The notes beneath the pieces were generated by a model. It saw nothing but the letters and a program-made list of their open reading frames with translations, had not been told where the DNA came from and did no database searches. Source: Eledone cirrhosa (Eukaryota). From it: a DNA stretch of 64,000 bases. The stretch covers positions 223,138,001-223,202,000 of the forward strand of contig OZ024742.1 in the NCBI GenBank assembly GCA_964016885.1. Reading direction: 5' to 3'. Below, in pieces: positions 27,676 through 40,122 of this stretch (positions within the stretch are counted from its first letter, which is position 1; each line of letters begins with the position of its first letter). The translations under genes and the position numbers were made by a program.

Positions 27676-28057
27676 TTAACAAGTAATGGTACCTTTACCC
27701 TTTTGTTACCATATTTCTAATAACATATCACTTTTCAATTAATTAATGAAGAATTTGGAGGTATTTACTAAAATTATTAATTATTTCAATACTATAAAAT
27801 TACGTTGGAAGATTTCAATTTGAATAGGAACCCTTTAAAGTGGGTGGTTATGTTTCATAGAACCAGAGTTGGCTTTAATTGGGTTGGTATGAAAAGGGTT
27901 AATGATGGCGGAGGGAAGGTTTAGAAGACTGATAATGGATGTTGGTAATAGAAGAGGGAATCTACAGAAAGAACAGAGAAGAAACAAACATAGTTATGTA
28001 TATGTGTGTATAATAGGGTTATATAGAGAGCAACATGTATGTATAACATGGTTATGG

Positions 28058-28088
<31 letters not shown>

Positions 28089-28965
28089 CAAGTAGGAATG
28101 AATCTAAGAATATGGAAACACTTAATATTGTTGTGTAACTTTATTCAATGTTTTTTTTTATTGGTTGTCTCTTTTTTTCTCTCTCATTCTCCTTTTCTCC
28201 TCATCATTACCACTACCTACACCACCATCACCACAGCCACCCACTCCTTCACCTGCTATATTCTAATATTACAGTAGTCCCCCTTACACACACACACACC
28301 TAGTTTGTCTGCTGAACTTTTACAGTCAGCCATAGCTATTATGGTTATATATGTTTGATGCTTCTCCCACACTGTTTTGTGATTAGTTATCAATTATTTA
28401 TTTAAGTCATCAATTATTTACTTAGCCTTCAGCTCTAATTACTTACAGCTGGCAAAAAAGAATGAAAAGAAAATTAAAATCCCATTTCTTGACCAAATAA
28501 ACATGAATACATTCTTATTGTCATCATCATTGTTATCACAACCATCATCTTTGTCATTGTCATCACCACAATTACCATTATCATTATTTTAAGTTTTTTT
28601 GTTGTTGTCTTTTTAATGCTGGCATGGTTTGATAAGTTGTCATTTTAACCTTTCATTACAATATTTCTAATGAAAGACACAGAAACCTGTCTAGCAGAGC
28701 AGTCACCCTGAATAAGAAAACTGATACAGGGTGAGCAGACCCTTAAGTCTGGTCAGACAACTGCTCTAGTGCATGTGGCACGAAGAATGTATCTAGTCCA
28801 CACTGTAAAGTGAGTGGTGATAGGAAGAACATCCAGCCAGAAAATTTTGCCAAAAGCTATGATGATGATGTTGATTATCATGTCCAACCCATCCAAGCAT
28901 AGAAAAGGGGATGTAAAATGATGAGATGATAAACACTTTAAAACAAACAGTTCTGTATTGTATAA

Positions 28966-29367
28966 CAGGTGGCTTGGTATCAATCAAATTGTAGAGCCAG
29001 GTGGTTTTGTATCAAACAAGTTGTAGAATCATGGGGCTTTGTATCAAACAAGTTGTAGAAGCAGGTGGTTTATGTATCAAACAAGTTGTAGAAGCAGGTG
29101 GTTTTGTATCAAACAAGTTGTAGAAGCAGGTGGTTTTGTATCAAACAAGTTGTAGAAGCAGGTGGTTTTGTATCAAACAAGTTGTAGAAGCAGGTGGTTT
29201 TGTATCAAACAAGTTGTAGAAGCAGGTGGTTTTGTATCAAACAAGTTGTAGAAGCAGGTGGTTTTGTATCAAACAAGTTGTAGAAGCAGGTGGTTTTGTA
29301 TCAAACAAGTTGTAGAAGCAGGTGGTTTTGTATCAAACAAGTGGTAGAACCAGGTGGTTTTGTATCA
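28966..29367. repeat. 32-bp minisatellite, ~12 copies
   Basis: Unit gtatcaaacaagttgtagaagcaggtggtttt. Confidence 0.95.
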
Positions 29368-29548
29368 GAAAGGTTAAGTAACTGTAAATATAAGATTCCC
29401 CTCCTTCACAAGATATAATTCTGTTACAGAGGTTTTTTTTAAAGCTGAGTTAACTGGAGCAATATGAAATTAAATACCTGGCTCAAGGAAATAACGCATT
29501 ATCCAATCTGGGAATTGAACCCTTGACCTTAAGCTCACAACCCTAACC

Positions 29549-30031
29549 CAGTGGTTCCCAACTTTTTCACTATCAAGGACCTTTTTTATTTAACCCTTTA
29601 GCATTTACATTACTCTATATTTACTATTGTATTTTCACAGTAAAGGCTTTGTCTCACATAACATTGATTTTGATATCTATTTTGAGAACAATACCTTAAC
29701 GTCAGTATGAGCAGCTGGTTACAGGCAGTTTGAATAGAAATAGGTGAGAGAATTATGGTCGGATACAACCAATTTAAATGCTAAAGGGTTAAATGAATTG
29801 TTCCACGGACCCCTGTCCCACGCTTCAATTATTCCACTTCCAGATTGTTATTAATTGAGGATAACAATCAAAAGAGAAATGTTTACACTTAGAAAAGAAT
29901 GGATACCCAACAGTGTGTGTATGTTGTGTATTTAATAAGGTACTTGAAATTTTAAACTAACTTCATGGACTCACAGTACTACGTTTGTAGACCTTACCAG
30001 AGTTTCGTAGATCTTGGATTGGGAACTACTG
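29549..30031. mobile_element. hAT (Charlie-like) MITE inserted in a SINE
   Basis: TIRs cagtggttcccaa / ttgggaactactg; 8-bp TSD ccctaacc / ctgtaacc. Confidence 0.75.
29594..29788. mobile_element. piggyBac-type MITE family A, copy 4 (nested in the hAT MITE)
   Basis: TTAA TSD and TIRs. Confidence 0.85.
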
Positions 30032-30144
30032 CTGTAACCACTGGGGTCACACACATTCAATTTACACTATTGTATCAGCTTTGAATATTCAGATTGTAAT
30101 TTGGAACAAAGGTTCCAACATTGTTTCCTCCTCCCTTATACATA

Positions 30145-30333
30145 CTCTTACCTTCCTGTACCAAATGAAGCTGCCTTAATGAAGTATTCTTGGAAAGTAC
30201 AAAGCACTATGGTGTCACATATAAAAATCAAAGTCTTTACAATCTGTTCAGGAGTAAAGATACTATAAACATTTGAATTAATAGACCCTCATTTGTAGAT
30301 ATTCTCTGTTAAATCATTGCAGGATGTTAAGAG
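30145..30333. mobile_element. MITE family B copy
   Basis: ctcttaccttcctgta ... gcaggatgttaagag; reverse-orientation relative of 49936-50155. Confidence 0.6.
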
Positions 30334-33027
30334 TTACATCTTTAGATTGTGATTTAGAACAATGGCTATGAAAATTGTTTGATTCTCCCCCAACTCCTCC
30401 TACTCATTGCTTCCTCCTACACTACTTCATTCTATTAATTAAAAACACAATCAGTTAATAGCACCAGCAGCAGTAGCACCACCACTAATGCTAACAACAA
30501 CAACACCACCACCAACAGCAACACTACCAACAACAACAGCAGCACACCACCAACAATAACAGCAATAGCTTGTTCTACATCTCTGCAAGATAACTCAGTA
30601 TTAAAATTCAATAGAATATCAATTAATTCCTTCAATCTATTGCCAATACCATTAATCACCCAACAAGCCCAACACTATTCCTTTAACAGGAATCACTGGT
30701 TGATTGGGGAGTTCCACTGAAGGTCATACAATTCTTTGGAAAGGAATTATCCATAAAGTAATGACATTCCTTAACTTCGCTGGTTTGATTAGATCCAATA
30801 TTTTTACTGCCGGCTTACTGTCTCTCAGTATATTAAGTTACTGTCAGTCAGTCTGTGTGTGTGTAAGTGTTAGTCCAGCTATCTGTCTGTCTATCCAGCT
30901 ACCTTGTCCAACTGTCAGGTATGTCAGCAACATAGTGATAATAAACACTTCAATCTTTGACAGGTAACACAGTCACTGACAGGAGTTGTAATAATCACTG
31001 TTTCACTCCCACATATAAGCAAACATAAAACTCTCTGCCACACTTTCAAAATATAGAAACTTATTAAAATTATGATGTGAATATGAATATTCCTTGTATA
31101 TATTCACCTATTGTTGATAATAACGATGATGATGTTAGTTGATGATTATAATGATGATGATCATTATCAGTTTATAGCTGCTTTTTGATGCTTTATCATC
31201 ATCATAAACATGATCATGATTATCATCATCATTTACCGGCCATTTTCCTTGTCACCATAGATCAAATCAGTACTAAAACAGAGCTACTGACCTCTCAAAT
31301 GGGCAGGGAACCTGCATCTCACTTACATACATTTGCATTCTCTATCAAGGGCATTTTATTATTATCATGGTGCCAGCACTAAGGAGGTTGCCGTGTCTTT
31401 GACACAGGTGAAGATTCCCCAGGATCCTTTATGTATCATCATTTAACACCTATTTTTCCATGCTGGCATGGGTTGGATGAGTTGGCACAGACCAAGTTAG
31501 TACCTAATTGGAGACACTAATCTTCCAGTCAAGTCAGGGGTGAATGTCTCAATTTCATATGCCCAGGTTTTATACCCACCACTAATTATAATATATATGT
31601 AATTAAAGCTGTTAAAATTAAGATGTGTTGTTATATAATCCTCAAATTTCAATGCGCAACCTTAGTAATGATTATATGTGCATTGAATAATACTAACTAG
31701 TTAGCTATCAGCTACTTAACTACCACTTACTAACACTTACATCAATAATAATCTTTTTGTAGTAGTGATGGTCGTTGTGGCAGTCATGGTGGTAGTAATA
31801 GTAGTAGTAGTAGTAGCAGCAACAGTAAATACTAACAATGTGGACAGGGTTGAATGTTTTATTAGTGTGCACGCGCACACACACACACAATGATGGCAGC
31901 AATGACTGAGGCGTCTGTCATTAAAACATCGAAGAAAACTCCTATGAGATGTCATATTGTAAGAGGTGAGCTATATCTACATAGATGAGAACTGTAACAA
32001 CAACATGAAAGGACTGGGGTCCCTATTATTACAATATCCCCCAAACCTCTTAAGAAGCAACTTCGTAGGAGGTGATTTAAACCTGCATAGGTATGAGCTG
32101 TAATAAGTACACGGGAGGACTTTGGCTTCTATCATTAAAACACTCAAGAAACCTCCTATGAAATGCAGCCGTATAAATGAGTGACTTGAATATTCAATTT
32201 TTCATTTCATGCACCATTCACAGCTAAGTGATGTTTATGTTGGTAATTAATTCAGTTATATATTAAATTGTGCACTTCTTTTCTTCTTTTGTACCTGTAA
32301 TAACTCTTGATAGAGTTGTAAGGGCACCATAGTGACATACAGCATTATTTGGGTATTTTAAACCTGGCAGAGCCCATCTCCTCTCCAAGTTTGAACACAG
32401 CTGATTTCTTCTAGAGAAGGATAGAGATTGAGGGAATGGAAATGAGAAAGAGATATAGAGGAAGAATTGTCCCCAGTACTAGACTGGTACTTTTTTTTAT
32501 CAACCTTGAAAGGACGAAAGGGAAAGTTAACCTCGGCAAGATTTGAACTCAGAGAGCAGAAAGCCAGAACAAATGCCGGAAAGCATTCTATCCAGCGTTC
32601 TATGCTGCCTTTTAATTGTGCACTAAGAAGTTAAAATATATAATAAATACATATCCGTACAGGTCGTGATAATGAGTACTCAATACTAGATGTAATCTAC
32701 TCTCAGGTTCATCAGAAACTCCAGAGTAACAAGACTCAAATTTGGCTTTAATAAAGAATATATTAATCTCTACTATGGTATTAAGTACTGATTCTTACAA
32801 CTGTCAACGTTAAGTGGATAAAAACTCTCAGCTACTGGCAGCTAGTAGAACACTTTAGACCTACGAAGATCTTGTGGCTGAAATAATGGAAAGTCTTATC
32901 TTACATCTCTGTGAGTACTCAGGCCAAAACTCGAGAGTACCAAGACTCAAACTTGACCTTAATAAAATGTATATATATAATAAATAGGGAACAAAGAATC
33001 AGCATTGCATCATATACATATTTAATT

Positions 33028-33120
33028 ACATATTACATATGTTTCACTGCCAATCAGCTCAAGGAACCATCGAATTTATGTTCATTCTTGACTCTGGAAT
33101 CGGAAGCTCCTCAGATATGT
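33028..33120 (-). ncRNA. Type I hammerhead ribozyme motif with long stem II
   Basis: Minus strand: acatat-CTGAGGA-[gcttccgat..cag..tcaag..gaac / gttc..cttga..ctg..attggcagt]-GAAA-c-atat-g-TA-atatgt. Perfect 6-bp stem I, palindromic stem III, GUA triplet. Confidence 0.8.
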
Positions 33121-33147
33121 GTTCTCACATGTAGACTCCTGTCCAAA

Positions 33148-33307
33148 TGTTGCTGAATTGTTGTTAAACACCCGATTTGTTATTTTGGTTGCCACACCTC
33201 TACTAATACTACACACACACATATATACACACACACACACATATATATATATATTATATATATATAATATATATATATATTATATATATATAATATATAT
33301 ATATATA

Positions 33308-33343
<36 letters not shown>

Positions 33344-33423
33344 AGTAGTAGTAGTAGTAGTAGAGGTGTGGCAACCAAAATAACAAATCGGGTGTTTAAC
33401 AACAATTCAGCAACAATTCAGCA

Positions 33424-33426
<3 letters not shown>
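33148..33426. repeat. Fold-back inverted repeat (~65-bp unique arms around a CA/TA/TG core)
   Basis: tgttgctgaattgttgttaaacacccgatttgttattttggttgccacacctctacta and its reverse complement at ~33350-33415. Confidence 0.92.
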
Positions 33427-33461
<35 letters not shown>

Positions 33462-33527
33462 GAACACTGGTGGGTTGTATCCATAGTAGTGGAGGCACTC
33501 AGTCCATGGGACGAGTTTGGTAGAGGT

Positions 33528-33674
33528 AGTTCCACAACAGTTAGTTCACCCACCATTACCCAAAACAATTGTCTCACCTTATTTGAATCATCAGCTCGGT
33601 TTAAAATCGTGTTGATGATCCGAATAAAGTGAAATAATTGTTCTCGGTAATGGTGAACTAACTGTTGTGGAACT
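33528..33674. repeat. 147-bp imperfect palindrome, each arm carrying a degenerate hammerhead
   Basis: agttccacaacagttagttcacc ... ggtgaactaactgttgtggaact. Minus arm accgag-CTGATGA..GAGAC-aatt-GTT; plus arm TTGATGA..GAAAT-aatt-GTT-ctcggt. Confidence 0.8.
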
Positions 33675-34033
33675 TCTTATATATATTTATATATATATAT
33701 ATATATATGTGGACCTTTCAGTTGTGTTAAAGACATTATAGCCTTCCTAGTGTTGATGATCTACACAATAAATGCACCCAGTACATACTGGAAAATAGTT
33801 GGTGACAGGAAGGGCATCCAGCTGTAGAAAGCTTAACAAACAAAGGGTTGGGAGAACCCTTCAGTTGTGCCAAAGACATAACAACCTTTCTTGTGTTGGT
33901 GCACTTGGTAGAACCTGAGATTGTACATAAGGGGGATGCAAAACCCTGGCCTGTCTGGGAGGTTAGTACCACTTCAGTACTGATTTGGTCTATGAAGACC
34001 TGTCTAACTCTTGCTAGCAAGGAAAGTAGATGT

Positions 34034-34070
<37 letters not shown>

Positions 34071-34551
34071 ATCTGTGTGTAAACATCATGTGGTTAGAAG
34101 ATGATGGTGGAATTTGAAAATTGAAATAATAACCATTGCTGTATTTTCTGTAGTAAAAAATATAGCGAAAGTTACTAATTCAAATTCAATTGTGATCTGA
34201 CTACCTACTAGTGCAGTTGATCTCACCATCTCTCTTGCTTGTCAATACTTGTTCCAGGACTTATGCCCCACCAACTTGTATTAATTTATTCCATTCCTTC
34301 CTAAGGTTACAAACCACACTTTTGTGTGCTGCTTTTGATTGTAACTTTTTCCCAACCCGTATCGGTATATCAGCCTTTGTGACTTCCGGGTTTTCTGTTC
34401 CCTTTTCTTCCACGTGTATATGTATATATATATATATATATAGGGTTATAATGTAACAGTTCTCTATTTTCATTGGTAAGATGAGTTAAGCTCAATGTAC
34501 ATTTTTATCCTTTGTTCTTCAGGAGTGAATTGTTATAGTATCAGAGCATTA

Positions 34552-34650
34552 ATAATTCAAAATCCAATAAGACTAAGGATTAGTATTACTATTATATATT
34601 TATAAATAAATGATGATAATACTAATCCTTGGTCTTATTGAATTTTGAAT

Positions 34651-34653
<3 letters not shown>
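34552..34653. repeat. ~100-bp imperfect palindrome next to (TA)n
   Basis: ataattcaaaatccaataagactaaggattagtatta ... taatactaatccttggtcttattgaattttgaattat. Confidence 0.85.
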
Positions 34654-34692
<39 letters not shown>

Positions 34693-35046
34693 CATCATCA
34701 CCGTTTTACGTCCGTTCTTCCACGCTAGCATGAGTTAGACGGGTTGTCCTGTTGTGGGCAACAGCTGGTCGGCTGACCATGCCTTGCTCATACGGGAACT
34801 GATTCTGGCTATGATTTTTCTCAACCTGATTAGTTCTATCGTTCCTTTGGTATATATCGTGTGTTAGTTTAGCCTACCACAATGTTCGATTTGTCAAGCT
34901 ATTTAAACGTATGTTATAACTCTGAGACCTATCTTATCGAGTGCTTTGCTAACTCACCACTTCATATAAGTAGGCCGAATTTACTTGCAAACCGCCAGAG
35001 ATTCGATTTTACTGATTTCCAATTATATATATATATATATATATTA

Positions 35047-35639
35047 GTGCTACTGGTAACATGTATCCCAGTACAACCTGACTCATGGTCGGGTCTTTGT
35101 CGACTAAACTGGCAACCCCACCAAGGTTTCTTGGTGAGGTGGGTGACTTTGGACATCCTGCAGGAATAAAAACAAAACCTGTCAAAGGGCAAAGGAGCTC
35201 TTAAGTGTCAATGGCCATCCAAAATTACCGGGAGAGATGACCCCTTAGCCTTTGTTATGGCAGAATTCTAGGAGAAGGAAAACTCTGATATAACACCTGC
35301 AACTCTGATGGTATCCAATGATGTTGACTTGTTCTTCTTTTTGGTAAATATCATCTTGGTTAAGAGAGTGGGACTGGCTTTGTGCAGTGCCTTTGCTCAC
35401 TATAAAAGCTTCACAGCACAGGCATTGCTTTATATCTGGAGATCTCTCTGCACTTGTCGTCACATGGTACTATGGGCCCAGCACTATGTGTCAATAATTG
35501 TCACAAGTGTAGTGTTTGTACCAGAATTTTCAAGTCGCTGGCTGGACTAAGAAGTCACACTCGTTCAGCGCATCGGTGGAGGTTCTCCTACATGGATATA
35601 AAGTAGTGGCCGTACTCGAAAACGAGTTGGCAGCCACCA
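35047..35639. mobile_element. ~600-bp dispersed repeat in (TA)n, copy 2
   Basis: Matches 15351-15942. Confidence 0.85.
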
Positions 35640-35660
35640 TATATATATATATATATATAT

Positions 35661-36012
35661 GGGATGGGGTAATAAAAGCTGATCTTGCCCAATTGCACCT
35701 CTCAAAGGCGATGGCACAGGACCAAGACCTAACTTCCCATGGGTACAAGCCGAAGCTGAAGCATATAGACAGTATGCCCCCCACCCCCTCCCACTGTAAA
35801 GTGGTCGTGTAGGTGCCACGGTAAAAAAGCACCCAGTACTCACTGTAAATGAGGTTGGTGTGGTGTTAGGAAGGGCATCCAGCTGTAGAAATCAAGCCAA
35901 AATCAGTTCTGTATGAGCAAGACATGGCGACCTGACCTGGCATTGCCCACAACAGGACAAACCGTCTAACCCATGCATGCGTGGAAGAATGGACGTAAAA
36001 CGATGATGATGA
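35661..36012 (+). mobile_element. RTE-related 3' UTR/SINE copy with (GAT)n tail
   Basis: gtgttaggaagggcatccagctgtagaaa...ccatgcatgcgtggaagaatggacgtaaaacgatgatgat, shared with the RTE 3' end. Confidence 0.65.
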
Positions 36013-36683
36013 TATGTTATGTTATGTGAAGGGCAAGACAACCTCACTAGTGTTGGCGACACAATAAAATGCACTCAGTACATTCTGTAAAGTGGTTGGT
36101 GATAGGAAGAGCACCCAACTATAGAGAAAAACAACAACAAAGGGTTGAGATGACTCTTTAGCTGTGTTAGAGACATGACAACTGGTGGTGCTATTATAAA
36201 TGCACTCCATACAGGAATATATGTAAATAAAATATGTCTCCCAGCCTTTCTTAGAGGTCAGAAGCTCAGATTATGTACTGAGTTTGTCTGTGATGACCTG
36301 TCAAACTCTGCTAGCTGGGAGAATGGATGTTAAATGATTATATATATATCATCATTTCATTTTACGTCTGCTTTTTCCCTGCTTGCAAGGGTGGGATGAG
36401 AACTGATTTTGGCTTGATTTCTACAGCTGGATGCCCTTCCTAACACCAACCTCATTTACAGTGAGTGCTGGGTGCTTTTTTGCTGTGGCACTTGCGCGAC
36501 CACTTTGCAGTGGAATGATAGGGACCCCAGTCCCTATCACCTCATTTCTACAGCTGAGTAAACTGGAGCAATGTGAAATAAAGTGTCTTGCTCAAGTAAA
36601 CAACACATCACCCGGTCTGAGAATTGAACTCACAACCTTTCGATTGCAAGGCCAATGTTCTAACCACTAAGCCATGTGCCTCC

Positions 36684-36733
<50 letters not shown>

Positions 36734-37012
36734 AAATGGGGAGAAGAATACTACTGCATGGTTGCACATGGATAACATGTTATAAAATGAGTCCCTCATC
36801 AATGATTTACCAACGGTCACAGGTATTTCATTGCATTAAAAATCATATACCTCACGTTGGCGCAATAATAACTAAAATAAGTTATTAGGACAATTAAAAC
36901 GCGTAAAGCGAGTGAGACAAGTAAACAACACAGAGGAAAGCTAACCAAAGATAGGAAAGACACAAGCTACATAGTTATTCTATCAGTATAAGCTGGGTGA
37001 ATATATGAGCGA

Positions 37013-37058
<46 letters not shown>

Positions 37059-38211
37059 TCACACATACACATTCACACACACTGCTGATTTGTGTAGAAA
37101 GTGGTGTAAATAACAGCAGTAAACCGAACTTTGTGTGGTAGAATGGAATACTAGGATGTCGGAACCAGAATACTGAATATTAGGTTGGTAAGTTCAAAGA
37201 GTTAATAGGTATTATTAACATTTCGTTGCTAAGCAACGAGTTCATAATTAGTGTTATGATGATATGATGACAGAACTTTAATGTGTAAGGATATCTATCA
37301 GTGATAGGTGAATGTCACTTAACTGAGTTGACAAAGACTTGTGTCAACCTCGCCCTTCTCCCCCTCATCATCATCCTTACCACCACCATCACCACCGCCT
37401 TATCATGCAATAATTACTTCTCATTAAGGAAGTTTTTGTTTGAATGTAGTTGAAGTTGATATCGCAGGTTGGATGGTTGATTATTTTGTTGGCTGGCTGG
37501 CTGGCTAGTTGGCTGGCTGGCTAGTTGGCTGGCTGGCTAGTTGGATGGGTGATTATTTTGTTGGATGGCTGGCTGGTTCGCTGGTAGGCTGGTTAGTTGG
37601 TTGGTGAGTGAGTGAGGTGAAGCTTCTTCATACACTTCACTCCAACAACACTACCACTACCAACATAAACAACACCATCACCAGTTCTATGATATAAAGT
37701 TGTATATTTTAAAGTGTTTACATTTATCTGAAATATCTTCCATCATAATTTTATATAAGAAGCTTTGTTAAGCTTTGTTCCAAAACACCAGCTTAATGTG
37801 AGCTTATCCCATATTTATTTGTGTTAAACTCCTGAAAGTACAGGGTTATCCCTCAGCTACTGCTGATACTAATTTTCAACTGAGTAGCAACATAAAATGA
37901 AGTGTTTAGCTCAAGAACACAATGTGCTAGCTGGTTGAGGAATAGAATCCACAACATTACAATCATAAGGTCAGCAGCCTAACCCAGTAGTTCCCCTTCG
38001 TATTTTACTTACGACACACTTTAGAACAAATAAAAGTATTTTGGTGCATTTTGTACTTAAATTTGAAATACAGATAAATTATATGTACTTCTTTCTTTAG
38101 TCAATAAATGGAGTTCATTTATCAATGAGAAATATGCATGTGATTTTTGGCAATGTTTTCATTCTTAGTTTAGTTGTTTCTCATTTTGACAGCTATATAT
38201 TAACTTTATTT

Positions 38212-38490
38212 ATCATCATCATCCAGTTTTTGATTATGCAGGACATAATTCCTAAGTAGGGGTGGGTCCTATTTGACAGCGTTTCTTAGGGTCCCGCTCC
38301 ATGTATTTCTGTCCACCGGTCTCACTTGGGTCAGGCCAAGCCTAGTTTGATCCCGACAGACATCCTCCATCCAAGTCCTTTTTGATCCTCTTGAGCCTCT
38401 ATTGCCTCCTGGTTCGACATTCATCATTTTGCTGATCCCGCCCTCACTGCGCTCAACATGGCCATACCAGCGCATGCGTCTCATGTGAAG
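38212..38490 (-). mobile_element. RTE-like LINE 3' end, distinct subfamily
   Basis: MRRMRWYGHVERSEG...GSKRTWMEDVCRD. Confidence 0.7.
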
Positions 38491-38494
38491 CACA

Positions 38495-39053
38495 TCCTCA
38501 TCATCATCATCATTTTATGTCCGCTTTTCCCTGTTTGCAAGGGTTGGACGGGTCCTATTCAGCACAGCATCTCTCCACTTGTCACGGTCCTTAGTCATCT
38601 CCTCGGTGAGTCTCAGCGATTTGAGGTCTGCTCTCACCACCTACGCCCATGTTTTTTGTGGTCTAGCTCTACTGCATCTTCCCGTCACTTGGACTTCCTG
38701 GCACTTCTTCACCCAGCAGTCATCTTCCATGCGCATCACATGTCCATACCATCTCAGCCTTCTCTCCTGCAGACCACAACTTATCCCTCTTATACCAGTT
38801 TCTTTCTCAACTCGTCTATGCTTGGTCATTCACACACATTGACATTGCACATCCAACGGAGCATACTTGCTTCATTTCTCTCCAGCCGTCGCATATCTTC
38901 AGCAGTTGCTGCCCATGTCTCACTCCAATGCAGCATCGCGCATCTCACACAGGCATCATACAACCGTCCTTTCGTATGCAAGGAGAAACCCTTCTTTGTT
39001 AACAGAGGAAGCAGCTCCATAAACTTCTTCCAACCTGTCCTTATTCTAGATAC
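38495..39053 (-). mobile_element. RTE LINE 3' fragment
   Basis: ELLPLLTKKGFSLHTKGRLYDACVRCAMLHWSETWA...RRLRWYGHVMRMEDD; (CAT)n tail. Confidence 0.88.
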
Positions 39054-39346
39054 TATGAGAATTTTAATTTATATTTTTCACATTTTGAAATCGGATCTTG
39101 CTCTTTTGCAGCACACTTAATCACACGTTTGTGGCACACCTGTGTAGTGTGATGCACAAATTGAAAACCACTTCCCTAAACACTAGGCTGTGTGTCTTCA
39201 AATTAAATAGAATTATATTCATTCAACTTGTAACTGAGTTATTTGTTTTGTTACACGCAACTGATTTTTAATGCCATATCATTGGCAGCATGCTAAAATG
39301 TAGTTTATATGTTACTAGATGTAAAATTGGAATAATAAAAAAATAC

Positions 39347-39377
<31 letters not shown>

Positions 39378-39908
39378 AAAACTTTTATTGGATTCCACTT
39401 GCTGTCAAATTTAATTTACATATTGGAAAGTTATAGTAATCAATAAATTGCAAACATCTTATAACAATATTGTATACAATCGAAAGAAAAAAAAAAGAAA
39501 AAAATTAATTTAGAGATTGCTTTATTAAGGATTTTATTAATTAATGAACTAGATTTAGCTTTAATTGCAATAACAAAGGAGCTAGATCATAGTTGAAGAC
39601 TGGTTGAGAGGGATTGGGTTGATTTATATCCTAAACATATCTGTAGGGGGAAATACGAGGAATGGGATTTATCTAAAGACCTTATATCATAATTTTATGG
39701 AAGAACCTTTGTTAACTTATGTTCCAAACACCAATTTAATAATGTGAAAGTTGATTAATTTTATTCATTTTTAAATTATTTGAAAATCGTTGACCTTTTT
39801 TTTTCTTGAGAAATATGGCAACTAATGGTTTAAATTGTTTATATTTATCTAAAAACCTTCTATCATGATTTTATGTAAGGACTAGGTGTGTTCCAAACAC
39901 CAACTTAA

Positions 39909-40122
39909 CTCTTTAGCATTTAAAATGGCCATATCTAGCCAGAATTCTCTAACCTCTTTCTGTTCAAACCAGGTGTAACCAGCCACTCATACTGACGTTA
40001 AGGTATTGTTTTCAAAATAAATAATATCAAAATCTCAGATTCAATATTATGTGAGGTAAAGTGTTTACTGTAAAAATACAATAGTATATATATATATATT
40101 GAGTTTTGTGAATGCTAAAGGG
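39909..40122. mobile_element. piggyBac-type MITE family A, copy 5
   Basis: TTAA TSD and TIRs. Confidence 0.85.

Larger units (their letters stand above)
37985..39173. mobile_element. Degenerate hAT-like MITE in a SINE, carrying two nested RTE fragments
   Basis: Ends cagtagttccc / gaaaaccactt; TSD gcctaacc / ccctaaac; SINE halves on both sides. Confidence 0.55.

Noticed and set aside
28966-29367. 32-bp repeats of CRISPR-repeat size
   Set aside because: Contiguous units with no spacers
34261-34473. 70-aa minus-strand ORF between microsatellites
   Set aside because: No recognisable motif; partly translated from (TA)n
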